Shown in pieces: positions 29,109 to 38,018 of a DNA stretch of 38,020 bases. The position numbers and the translations under genes are program-made. This DNA is from Deltaproteobacteria bacterium. GTDB lineage: Bacteria; JAEEML01. The stretch lies in contig JAEEML010000087.1 of assembly GCA_016283195.1 (NCBI GenBank), forward strand, positions 1 to 38,020, written 5' to 3'. The first letter of the stretch is position 1; each line of letters starts with the position of its first letter. The notes under the pieces were generated by a model. That model worked only from the letters and a program-made list of their open reading frames with translations. It did no database searches and was not told where the DNA came from.

Positions 29109-29138
29109 TTGCCAAGGCGTGTGGGTATATCCTATACT
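29109..29138 (+). promoter_or_regulatory. Candidate sigma70 promoter of the paralog triplet
   Basis: TTGCCA-18 nt-TATACT with an AT-rich upstream tract, followed by a short hairpin (CGGCAG/CTGCCG, 29143-29158) and an AGGAGG RBS. Confidence 0.5.
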
Positions 29139-29178
29139 TGCGCGGCAGTTTGCTGCCGGTATGTGTCAGGAGGTTTTA

Positions 29179-30978
29179 ATGGTTAGCGGAATTAGCGGGG
29201 GCTCCAATTGGGACCTAAATATCCAGAGCGAAGAGCTGGGGCGGGCACAAAAAACTCAGCAATTAGATGAATTAAACCAAGAAGAAGCCTTAAAAGGGCT
29301 CGAAGAGCAAAGGCAGCTGGAAGCCAGTAAAACGCCCAGTGACGAAGACTGGGCCAAAATTACCGACGAGTTCAAATCCAGAAATGTAGAATTCCAGTTC
29401 GACCCCAACGAAGCGCCCTATCAGTTGCAACTTGATAACGCCGGCAAGCTGGTTGATAATGATATAAATTTTAATATTTCCGCTTCACTGACGCGTGATT
29501 TGTATAATATGGTTGTCGATTCGGTGGCCGAACTCGCCAAAGCGGCCATGACAAACGACGAAGCCATAAAAAGCGCCGATGTAGCCAGCCGCCAAAAAGA
29601 TCAGGATTTTGCCGCCGAGTGGCAAAAAGCCGTGGTGGATGAAGCTCTTAAAGCCACCAGCGACACCATCCGCGAGCTGGCAACGCAGGATTTAGCAAAA
29701 GACGAGCGCTTAAAAAGTGCTGCCCCGCGCCCGCTGCCCAAAGTGGAAGAGAGCCAGAATACTCAGTCGGCCAGAGCACTGCGCATTGATGACCCGCGCC
29801 AGCGTTTTGCGAATATAATGCCCATAAATCGCCCGCAGGAACCCAGGCCGGTTACCAAAACCGATAAAAGTGCCGAAGCGCAAAAAGCCCCGAAAGATTT
29901 TTCGCTTTCTGCCGACCTGCGCACGCGCATGATGCTGGGCAATCAGCGCCTGGCCGCCGCCGGAGCCGGAGTCGGAGCCGAAAAACCGGTGCCACCCGCC
30001 AATAAGAGCACCGCCACCAGCCAAACAACCAGAAACCAAAGTAATAGACCATTACAAAACAGCAGCGCAGCCAGCTCGGCCAGCCAAGCCAACAATGAAG
30101 CCAGGCTGCCACTAAATCTGGCCGAAAAGTGCTCTGCAAGATTTGCTTCCTTCATGGCCGAAGCGGCTACTTACGGCTTTTCTATGGACATAAACGGGCT
30201 CATCCAGTTTGTCATCCGCGAGGCCTATTTGCAAGGACTTGAAGACATCGTTTATGTGCGCGACAAAGTGCAATATAACATTGCTGCCAAAAAAGTGCTG
30301 CGCGCCGCTTTAAACGATGCCAGAAGCGAAGAGACGCGCGTAAAAACCAAAGCCGCCGAAGATTTAAGAGCTGTTTATGCCAAACATGATGAGGATATTG
30401 CCGCTGAGCATGCGCGCGTTGGCGATGCCAGATGGAACGGCGCCAATATCAGTGATGACGAAATAGATGAAATTATAAATAATTATTACAACTACAATAA
30501 CTCCACCGGGCAATATCGAGCTAAACAATATGGGGTGGATCCATCAGATTATGATTCCATCGAAGAAGTCAGGGCAGCTTTTAGAGCCTCACCTGCTTTA
30601 ATTGAGGAAAAGGGCACTTATGAAGCCGCTTATAAGAGTGCTCACCCCTATGACCCTCCGGCAGATAAAGCCGAACAATGGCTCGATGACAAAGCCAATA
30701 GCTATCTTGAGGGCTTTAATGCTTTGGTACTCGATCAAAGTCAGGATCCGCCGCAAATGGTTAAAAGCCAAAATACCACTATCAAAACTACTAAAGACCT
30801 TGAAGACCACATCAAAAGCATGGAAGAGACCCTGGCCTCTTTGGGCGACGATGCCCAGCTTTTAAACACCGATTTACAAAGCGTGATGCAAAAGCAACAG
30901 GAATTCATCAATATGCTCTCCAATGTCAGCAAATTACTCAGCAATACAGCTCTGGCTGTCATCCGCAAGATAGGTTAA
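29179..30978 (+). CDS. Hypothetical protein, paralog 1 of 3 (candidate T3SS-type filament/tip subunit)
   Basis: AGGAGG RBS before MVSGISGGS; shares central and C-terminal blocks with the next two ORFs and ends LGDDAQLLNTDLQSVMQKQQEFINMLSNVSKLLSNTALAVIRKIG. The CDS itself is secure; the function is inferred. Confidence 0.8.
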   Translation: MVSGISGGSNWDLNIQSEELGRAQKTQQLDELNQEEALKGLEEQRQLEASKTPSDEDWAKITDEFKSRNVEFQFDPNEAPYQLQLDNAGKLVDNDINFNISASLTRDLYNMVVDSVAELAKAAMTNDEAIKSADVASRQKDQDFAAEWQKAVVDEALKATSDTIRELATQDLAKDERLKSAAPRPLPKVEESQNTQSARALRIDDPRQRFANIMPINRPQEPRPVTKTDKSAEAQKAPKDFSLSADLRTRMMLGNQRLAAAGAGVGAEKPVPPANKSTATSQTTRNQSNRPLQNSSAASSASQANNEARLPLNLAEKCSARFASFMAEAATYGFSMDINGLIQFVIREAYLQGLEDIVYVRDKVQYNIAAKKVLRAALNDARSEETRVKTKAAEDLRAVYAKHDEDIAAEHARVGDARWNGANISDDEIDEIINNYYNYNNSTGQYRAKQYGVDPSDYDSIEEVRAAFRASPALIEEKGTYEAAYKSAHPYDPPADKAEQWLDDKANSYLEGFNALVLDQSQDPPQMVKSQNTTIKTTKDLEDHIKSMEETLASLGDDAQLLNTDLQSVMQKQQEFINMLSNVSKLLSNTALAVIRKIG

Positions 30979-30988
30979 GGAGAAGGCC

Positions 30989-32494
30989 ATGGTCAGCACC
31001 AATTATAATTATAGAGTTCCCGTTTATACCGAGCCGGTAACAACAGCTCCCGAAGTACAAACACCGGCCGGGGAAGTAGCTACAGAGCTCACTACCGAAG
31101 AGATTTTAGCTACCGTTTTCACCAAAATGCTGAACGATGCCGTAGCGGCCGACCCGGAATGGGCCGATCTCTCGCAGCGCCTTAATGCTCAAGGCAAAAA
31201 CAGCCTGGAAATAGATCTTGAAGATTTCGGTATTGATTTCAATGAGCTGGCGGCCAATAACGCTCCGGATGTTTTTGTTCCGGCCTCTCTTTTAAAAGCC
31301 CAGCAAGAGCTCGCCGACCTAGTGCTCGATACTGCCAAAGTGGCCATGGGCGAAACGCTTTCTAAAGCCGATATGCAAAAAATTGCCGGCATTGAAAGCG
31401 CCCCTTGGCAAGAGGCCGTGATTCAATATGCTTTTAGCATGAACCCGGCAGCCATTGATACTAAGCCGGCCGAAAAACCCACTGCACCCTTAAGCAAAGA
31501 TATTCACCGCGAAGTTAAAAGCCAGGCCCCGCTTCTCGGCACCTTTAGCGTCAGCAGTATGCTGACCACCGCCCAAGCCAAACCGGCCGAAAAGAAAATA
31601 ACCAGTACGCCCAAAGCGCCGCCGCCGGTTAATCTGGCTAATTATAAAAGCGCTTCTTTACATAGCCAATTTGCGGCTACTCATGCCGCTGCTAAGGCTC
31701 CCGCCCCAAAGAGTGAATCGGCAGATGCCATAGAGGCCAAAACCGGTGTTTTGAATTTAGGTATGGCCCGGGCCGTATCTGCTAAATTCTCTTCATTTTT
31801 AGCTACTTGCGCGGCAGACGGCATTCCAACCAATGTTTATGACATTGTGCAGTGGGTTTTGCGCCAGGCCTATATGGAAGGCATTGAAGATTTAGTCTAT
31901 CGCCGCGACAAAGTAATGCTGGCCAATAAAGCCAAAGAGGCCCTGCGCAAAGAGGCGGCGGCAGCCAGAGCGGAAAAAACGCGCATAAATGCCGAAGCAG
32001 CGGCTTATGTCAAAGATCTTGTCACCAACTACCCGGCCATGCGGGAAGCCAAAAAGAAAGAGCTGGAGGCCGAAGCCGAAAAGAAATATCCTTGGTACAA
32101 ATACCCATTGTCCAAAAAAACAAAGCGCAATAATTATGTAAACGATAACCTGGAAGCATGGGAAAAAACCCATAAACCAACTCCGGAAAATATCACCAAA
32201 AATCTGGATAGCAAAAAGGACGAACTGACCAGCGTCGGCAAATATGTCCTCGATATGAACCAGAATCCGCCTAAGATGATAAAGAGCGGTAAAAAATGTT
32301 CTTCTATGGCCGAGCTGGATGATTATATCAAAGAGCTGGAAAATAAAATGTCCTCCATCGGCGACGATGCCCAGCTTTCCAATGTTGACTTGCAAACGGT
32401 GCTGGAAAAGCAACAGGAGCTCATAAAAACCCTCTCCAACCTCGGTAAACTACTCCATGATACGGCGCTCGCCATCATTCGCAAAATAGGTTAA
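30989..32494 (+). CDS. Hypothetical protein, paralog 2 of 3
   Basis: TAAGGAG stop/RBS coupling; starts MVSTNY and ends IGDDAQLSNVDLQTVLEKQQELIKTLSNLGKLLHDTALAIIRKIG. Confidence 0.8.
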   Translation: MVSTNYNYRVPVYTEPVTTAPEVQTPAGEVATELTTEEILATVFTKMLNDAVAADPEWADLSQRLNAQGKNSLEIDLEDFGIDFNELAANNAPDVFVPASLLKAQQELADLVLDTAKVAMGETLSKADMQKIAGIESAPWQEAVIQYAFSMNPAAIDTKPAEKPTAPLSKDIHREVKSQAPLLGTFSVSSMLTTAQAKPAEKKITSTPKAPPPVNLANYKSASLHSQFAATHAAAKAPAPKSESADAIEAKTGVLNLGMARAVSAKFSSFLATCAADGIPTNVYDIVQWVLRQAYMEGIEDLVYRRDKVMLANKAKEALRKEAAAARAEKTRINAEAAAYVKDLVTNYPAMREAKKKELEAEAEKKYPWYKYPLSKKTKRNNYVNDNLEAWEKTHKPTPENITKNLDSKKDELTSVGKYVLDMNQNPPKMIKSGKKCSSMAELDDYIKELENKMSSIGDDAQLSNVDLQTVLEKQQELIKTLSNLGKLLHDTALAIIRKIG

Positions 32495-32505
32495 AGGAGT
32501 TCAAA

Positions 32506-34050
32506 ATGGTTAGCAGTATCGGCTCTTCTTCTATTTACGATCAATATGCCAATTATCAGTGGCCGCAGTCAAATGCGCCCCAAAATCTGGAGGCTCTTTC
32601 CGATGAAGAAATTGCTAAATTAAATATAAATATAGATGATAACGACCCACTTAAAGATCTCGCGCTGGAGGAGCAGGAGGCTCTCTTTGCCGCTATTTTT
32701 GATGCCACTTATAATGAATACATCATTAATCAAAACGCAAAGACAGCCGCTGCCATTGATCCAGAACTTAGGGAATTAAAACAAAAATTCAGCGAAATGG
32801 GTTCTTCTTTTTCCTTTAACCAGGAAAAGCACGCTCTGCCGGAAATGAACGAAAAGGGCGAAGTCACCGAAAGCGAAGAAAAATATTTTATTCCCGCATC
32901 GCTCTTAAACGAAAAAGCGCTCCTAGAAATAGCCCTCGTAGATGTCTTTAAAGCCGCTTTAGGGCAAGCCGGTAATACCATAAAAGCGGCCCGCCCTATC
33001 GACCTGCCGGCCTGGCAGGAGGAGTGCGTCGCCGAAGCGCTCGGCAAAAGTGCCGATATTATCGACACCACGCCGGTGGTGCTCTCGGAGAGCGAACGCT
33101 TTAGGCCAATAGATAAAGATATTTCCCGGCGCCTCGACAGCACGCGCACTCAGGCCGGCGTTTTTACGCTGAAAAGCGCCATGACCGGCCGGGGCGCCAT
33201 TAAAGATACCCCCAAAGAGCCGGTAAAAAACGATGTCTCCGCTTTTGCCTCTTTTGCGCAAAAAAAGCCGGATATTTCCATTGAAGTGAAAAAGCCGGAA
33301 AATGCCGTTGCCGCTTTTGCTGCCGCCAGCGGTGGAGCCGGAGCCGCTTCGGGCCTTAAGATCACCATCAATTACAAAGGGCCGAAAATTCCTTTTAATA
33401 CCGCCCACAATGCCTGCGGGCGCTTCTCCAGCTTTTTGGCAAATTGCGCAGCCGGTGGCATACCGACAGATATCAACGCTCTAATTCTCTGGGTGCTCAG
33501 AGAGTCTTACAAAGAGGGCATGAATATTTTGGTTGATGTGCGCGAAAGAGTGAAATTTTTCAACAACTTAAAGAGCCAGATCCGCGATGTTTTGAAAGAT
33601 CTTAACGCAGCCAAGACCAAATATACCAAGGCGGCCACCGATAATGCCATAGAAGAACGCAAAAAATATGTAGAGGAGCATAAAAACGATAACGAAAACA
33701 GCGATGCCAACAGCGCCGGCGCCGAGTTTGACCGGGAATCTTATGATGCCGTTTACGGCCAATATGACATCAGCGCCGAAGGGCTTACCCGTTATTGTTA
33801 CAACGATAGTTATACCGGCATACCGGCCACTGTCACCAAAGGCGGCAAAGAAATTAAAACCATGAAGGAGCTGGAATCTTATATCAAAGAGATGGAAGGC
33901 AAGCTCTCTTCCATAGGCGATGACGCGCAGGTGCAAAATATCAATTTGCAAAATGCCATGCAAAAACAATCGCAGCTCATTCAAACTCTCTCCAATTTGC
34001 AAAAACTTTTGCACGATACCGCCCAAGCCATTGTGCAGCGGCTTTCATGA
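32506..34050 (+). CDS. Hypothetical protein, paralog 3 of 3
   Basis: TAAAGGAG stop/RBS coupling; starts MVSSIGSSS and ends IGDDAQVQNINLQNAMQKQSQLIQTLSNLQKLLHDTAQAIVQRLS. Confidence 0.8.
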   Translation: MVSSIGSSSIYDQYANYQWPQSNAPQNLEALSDEEIAKLNINIDDNDPLKDLALEEQEALFAAIFDATYNEYIINQNAKTAAAIDPELRELKQKFSEMGSSFSFNQEKHALPEMNEKGEVTESEEKYFIPASLLNEKALLEIALVDVFKAALGQAGNTIKAARPIDLPAWQEECVAEALGKSADIIDTTPVVLSESERFRPIDKDISRRLDSTRTQAGVFTLKSAMTGRGAIKDTPKEPVKNDVSAFASFAQKKPDISIEVKKPENAVAAFAAASGGAGAASGLKITINYKGPKIPFNTAHNACGRFSSFLANCAAGGIPTDINALILWVLRESYKEGMNILVDVRERVKFFNNLKSQIRDVLKDLNAAKTKYTKAATDNAIEERKKYVEEHKNDNENSDANSAGAEFDRESYDAVYGQYDISAEGLTRYCYNDSYTGIPATVTKGGKEIKTMKELESYIKEMEGKLSSIGDDAQVQNINLQNAMQKQSQLIQTLSNLQKLLHDTAQAIVQRLS

Positions 34051-34062
34051 TATAGGTAATAT

Positions 34063-34800
34063 ATGTCTTTAGAATCACTCAAAAAAGTGGCTATGCTGGC
34101 CATAGGCGATGAACTTTTACGCGGCGATATCAGCGACCAAAACACCCCCTATCTGGCCCGCTTTTTAGTACAACACGGCGCTATTTTAGAGCGCGTTGTC
34201 GTGGTGCCGGATGACGAAGAACAAATCATCGCCGAGCTTAGGCGCCTAAAAGAACGCTATGCCCTTATCTTTACCTCCGGCGGCCTGGGGCCCACCCACG
34301 ATGATGTAACCATTGAAGCTATAAGTGCCGCTTTAAAGCGCGAGGTGGTAATTTCCCCGGAAATAAAGGCCCAAATGGAGCACTTTTATGGTGGCGACAT
34401 AAAGCCGGCCAAACTGCGCATGGCCCGTATGCCGGCCGGTAGTGAGCTCCTTTTTGGCGCCTTCCGCTGGGTGCCGGTGATTATTTGCGAGGGCGTTTAT
34501 ATTTTACCCGGCGTGCCGGAAATTTTTGCTAAATGCATCGACTTTTTGAGCCCGCATTTTGCTGGTTCTGCCCTCGCCGGCCAAGCTGTTTACTTGCAAG
34601 TGGGTGAGAGCCTTATAGCCGATGAGCTTACATCTATTCAAAAGCGCCACCCGGAAGCCGTTATCGGCTCTTATCCTTTTATGGAAGATCCGCCGCGCTT
34701 AAAACTCAACGTCGTGCACCCGGAAGCTGCCGAAGTAGCCGCAGTTATAGCGGAAATAAAAGCAGCCTTTGCTCCTTACATCATTCCCCAAGAAGCATGA
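34063..34800 (+). CDS. CinA N-terminal-like / molybdopterin-binding (MoCF) domain protein
   Basis: IGDELLRG...D.N, VVPDD, TSGGLGPTHDDVT, MARMP, LPGVP and IGSYP; lacks the PncC domain. Confidence 0.85.
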   Translation: MSLESLKKVAMLAIGDELLRGDISDQNTPYLARFLVQHGAILERVVVVPDDEEQIIAELRRLKERYALIFTSGGLGPTHDDVTIEAISAALKREVVISPEIKAQMEHFYGGDIKPAKLRMARMPAGSELLFGAFRWVPVIICEGVYILPGVPEIFAKCIDFLSPHFAGSALAGQAVYLQVGESLIADELTSIQKRHPEAVIGSYPFMEDPPRLKLNVVHPEAAEVAAVIAEIKAAFAPYIIPQEA

Positions 34801-35810
34801 AGCGCCACTTTTCACCTCTGGCTCTTATAGCGCCCCTTTTAACCTGCGGCCTTTTATTTTACTTTTGGCTTAAAAGCGGCCGGCCAGAGGCGGAAAAGCC
34901 CGTTTTTTTTATTTTAGGCCCGGCGCTACTGGGGCTATATTGCCTGCTGCCCAGGTGGTTTTCAGGCCCAAAAGCCAAAAAATACCTGCCTTTACAGTTT
35001 GCCACCATCGAGGGCAAATTCACTTGGATCCATGGGCCGGCCTGGTTTTTATGGCATCTTAGCCGCGGTTTTTTGCCGGCGGCTATTATAGCTCTTTCAG
35101 CCGCTCTGGCCGGTTTTACCACCATTAGCGTAGAAAACCGCCGCGATTTGGATTTAGCTCTCGTCTATGATTACAGCGGCTCCATGGAGGCCAGGGAGGA
35201 GATGGGCTATTCGCGGCGGGAGCTGGCTCTGGCTCTATCAAGACGCCTCATCGGTGAAAGCGGCGCCGGAGCCATTGCTATCATTGGCTTTGCCCATAAA
35301 GCGGTGCTCCTCTCTCCGCTGACTGCCGATTTTTCTCTTTTAAGGCAAATTATTGAGCGGCCGGCGCCCAATTTAGACGACGGCACAGCCATAGGCGATG
35401 CCCTCATGGTGGCTATAGCGCACTTGGCCCAAGGTGCAGCAACACATAAAAAAATTGTCATTCTCTCCGACGGCGCCAATAATAGCGGCCTCATTACCCT
35501 TGATGAAGCTATAGCCGCCGCCAAGGAGCTGAATATTGAAATTCACGGCGCCCTAATCGGCAGCACCCACCCCCTGGGGCTGGCCCCACCGGCCGAGGCC
35601 CATACTTTGGCCGCTATTGCGGAGAAAAGCGGCGGGAAGCTCTGGTTTCTAAGTGCCGGCGATGAGCTCATCGCTACTTTGGCCAAAGATTTACCTCTAA
35701 GACCGGCCGCCGGCGCCAAACAGCCGCGCGATTTTGCAAGCCCCATGGCTTTTCTCCTGCTTTTACTCACAGCTCTTGGCCAATACGGGAGGCTCCGTGC
35801 CCATGATTAG
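34797..35810 (+). CDS. vWA domain membrane protein, BatA-like
   Basis: MIDAS DYSGS, SPLTAD, DGTAIGDAL and ILSDGANNSG; N- and C-terminal TM segments; ATGA coupling to the previous gene. Confidence 0.8.
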   Translation: MKRHFSPLALIAPLLTCGLLFYFWLKSGRPEAEKPVFFILGPALLGLYCLLPRWFSGPKAKKYLPLQFATIEGKFTWIHGPAWFLWHLSRGFLPAAIIALSAALAGFTTISVENRRDLDLALVYDYSGSMEAREEMGYSRRELALALSRRLIGESGAGAIAIIGFAHKAVLLSPLTADFSLLRQIIERPAPNLDDGTAIGDALMVAIAHLAQGAATHKKIVILSDGANNSGLITLDEAIAAAKELNIEIHGALIGSTHPLGLAPPAEAHTLAAIAEKSGGKLWFLSAGDELIATLAKDLPLRPAAGAKQPRDFASPMAFLLLLLTALGQYGRLRAHD

Positions 35811-36780
35811 TAGCCTCTCTGACATCTTTCAATTAAACAGGCTCCTTATTTTAAGTGTGCCGCCAGTAGTCCTTATTATTTATTTCATAATATTATCAAT
35901 AAAATGGCAAAAGCGCGCCGGAACTGGCGAAACCCCTGCCGAGCCCTGGCCACGCTCCAGGCCGCGTACCTTAAAAGAGCGCCTTTTGCCCCTAGCTCTC
36001 TTTGGGGCCATTATGGCAACTGCGGCCTACCTCGCTATAAAACCGGCGCCGCCGCCATATAACGGCACTATAGAAATGGTGACTATTCTCGATGTTTCGG
36101 CCTCAATGCAGGTAAGAGAGCAAAGCGGCCAAATCACCCGCCTGGAGATGGCCAAAAAAAAGGTTAAGCAATTTATTAAGCGGGAAAAGCCGCAAAAAAG
36201 CGGCCTCATTCTCCTGGCCGGCAGCTCTTTTTGGGCTATGCCATTAAGCAATAATATCATTACATTTGAGCGCTTTTTAGATGCCGCCACCACCTTTTCC
36301 ATCAGCGACAGCGGCACCGCCCTCACTCCGGCTTTGGAAATTTTGGCCGAAGAATTTTGTGAGAATAAACATTATTGCCGCCTGGAAAAACCGCTGGTAG
36401 TGCTGCTTTTAAGCGATGGTGAAATTTTTGATGAAGTACCGAGAGCGCTCATTAAAAAGCTCACAACTGCCGGTTTTACTTTTATTTTTGCCGCCATAGG
36501 CGAAGAAGCGGCACCGGTGCCCAGCTTTGATTTAGATGGTAATATAAGCGGCTTTAGAGTAAAGCTTAACGGCCAGCCGCAATTATCGGAGGCAAATCCG
36601 GAGTTACTACAGGATCTGGCTAAGGTGAGCGGCGGCCTTTTTGTGGCCCCTAGCGCCGATATTCCGCCGCTAAAGGCCTTTCTGGATAAGCCCATTCCCC
36701 AAATACTGTACAGCAAAGAGCGGCTTCTCATGGCGGCCTGGCTCTTAGCTCTTATTAGCCTCTTTTTAAGGAGGGCTTAA
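35803..36780 (+). CDS. vWA domain membrane protein, BatB-like
   Basis: MIDAS DVSAS, TRLEMAKK, AG.SF..MPLS, SGTAL, LLSDGE and L..LAKVSGG; GGAGG RBS; start overlaps the previous stop. Confidence 0.8.
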   Translation: MISSLSDIFQLNRLLILSVPPVVLIIYFIILSIKWQKRAGTGETPAEPWPRSRPRTLKERLLPLALFGAIMATAAYLAIKPAPPPYNGTIEMVTILDVSASMQVREQSGQITRLEMAKKKVKQFIKREKPQKSGLILLAGSSFWAMPLSNNIITFERFLDAATTFSISDSGTALTPALEILAEEFCENKHYCRLEKPLVVLLLSDGEIFDEVPRALIKKLTTAGFTFIFAAIGEEAAPVPSFDLDGNISGFRVKLNGQPQLSEANPELLQDLAKVSGGLFVAPSADIPPLKAFLDKPIPQILYSKERLLMAAWLLALISLFLRRA

Positions 36781-36820
36781 GAGCGGACAAGTATAGCCAG
36801 ATTTAATTTTTGTGTTTTGC

Positions 36821-37240
36821 CTATTCTATTTGATCTTCATCAATCAATGGTTTCTCACATACAGAAACATTTTTCCTCTCCTTCAATCTTAGATAAAAAG
36901 ATTTTAATGTGGCTTCCTGTATGTCGGAAATTATTTGATTAGAGCTCAATCGCACATCATTCTCTATGATAAGATTATTCGCAAAGCTGATTTGGCAAAG
37001 AAAGTTTTCTAAATCATCGTTATTATCAATATCTTTAAAAAGATAAGACAATTTTACTTTTCTGGTTATGTTGTTTTTATCATCAAATAATTCCGGTTGA
37101 TATGTAAAATCCAAAACATCATCTATAGGAAAGCTTGGAGCAGGCGGAAGTATTACTGATTCATAATCACAATTTAGCAAAAATCGCTGATGCATATAAT
37201 AATCTTGTCTCATAGATTCCTGATTCCAATCTAAAACCAA
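36821..37240 (-). CDS. Hypothetical acidic protein or gene remnant
   Basis: 139 open codons in AT-rich DNA is unlikely by chance. No recognisable motif; start uncertain (TTG 37240, ATG 37213 or ATG 37195). Confidence 0.4.
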   Translation of the reverse strand: MVLDWNQESMRQDYYMHQRFLLNCDYESVILPPAPSFPIDDVLDFTYQPELFDDKNNITRKVKLSYLFKDIDNNDDLENFLCQISFANNLIIENDVRLSSNQIISDIQEATLKSFYLRLKERKNVSVCEKPLIDEDQIE

Positions 37241-37593
37241 AATTCAACCATGGAATTATGCTCTTTGGCAAAAGTAAGTACTTCTATCAAATTTGTAGCA
37301 GCAATATCAGTATTGGTATCTACAGTCTCTTTTTTAAACTGCCAAGCCATTTCTAGAGCTTTGGGTACATCTTCTTTTTTCATTCGCTCATCCTCACAAT
37401 TGTCGATTATAATACCAAAGGCCTGATTAAATTGGTTATAGAGTGGTGTCAATAAATTATTCAGTTTACTCTTCATATTAAATTCTTTTATATTTGGCGA
37501 TTGATTATCAATATAATCAAGATATTCCATTTCTTTTTCCCCCGCCTCATTTATTGGCACAAAAAAGGCAACATAAAGCTCATCGATATTCAT
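37231..37593 (-). CDS. Acidic 120-aa protein, putative immunity protein
   Basis: GGAGG RBS lies inside the upstream gene's 3' end, and the start is 2 nt after that stop; contains VP.NE..., FN..FGIIIDNCEDE; acidic partner of a more basic upstream domain. Confidence 0.55.
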   Translation of the reverse strand: MNIDELYVAFFVPINEAGEKEMEYLDYIDNQSPNIKEFNMKSKLNNLLTPLYNQFNQAFGIIIDNCEDERMKKEDVPKALEMAWQFKKETVDTNTDIAATNLIEVLTFAKEHNSMVEFWF

Positions 37594-37595
37594 GA

Positions 37596-38018
37596 CTACA
37601 TTTCCTCCCTTTTTTTAATTCTAAAATGAGTAGCTCTATTGTACTCACTTTTCGACCTCCCGTGAGTTTTACCAGCACTATCTTTGTAATTATGACCATT
37701 GGTTCCGTCAAGATTCAGGTACAATCGGTGGTTTTGATTTACTGTGCAGTCTTGAATTCTAAGATATCCTCCTCCTATGTCAGCGACAACAGCTATTGTT
37801 CGATCAGTGTTATAAAATGATATTTTGCCATCTTTGTACTCCGGCTCTGCACCTGGAGCAAATTTCTCCACTATTTCATTAATATCCACCGACTCCCAAT
37901 TCTTACCATAAGTAGCAGCACGTCTGATTCCTCTATCAATTAATTCCGTTAGTATTGGGTCATTGATTGCCTCAATTTTTTTAGTATAAACACCATCCGA
38001 GTATCTTTCTTTAGCATC
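37596..38018 (-). CDS. 5'-partial ORF, putative polymorphic toxin C-terminal domain
   Basis: The frame stays open from 37889 to the window end (DAKKRYSDG...RGIRRAATYGKNWESVDINEIVEKFAP...GK...VVAD.GGGYLRI.D...R.YL.LDG...GR....YN..THF). The pattern resembles toxin tips I recall from Rhs/CDI proteins. Confidence 0.5.
   Translation of the reverse strand, partial: DAKERYSDGVYTKKIEAINDPILTELIDRGIRRAATYGKNWESVDINEIVEKFAPGAEPEYKDGKISFYNTDRTIAVVADIGGGYLRIQDCTVNQNHRLYLNLDGTNGHNYKDSAGKTHGRSKSEYNRATHFRIKKREEM

Noticed and set aside
29119-29178. Longer GTG start for paralog 1
   Set aside because: It overlaps the candidate promoter, while ATG 29179 has an AGGAGG RBS and gives the MVS start shared by all three paralogs.
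29179-34050. Calling the triplet flagellins, or SctE/SctB translocators
   Set aside because: Flagellin signatures (LSSG.RIN...DD; I.D.D.A.E) are absent and there are no hydrophobic TM segments. Only an architectural analogy is claimed.
826-36731. The many short alternative-frame and antisense ORFs in the track
   Set aside because: They are nested within well-supported genes and show no recognisable motifs.
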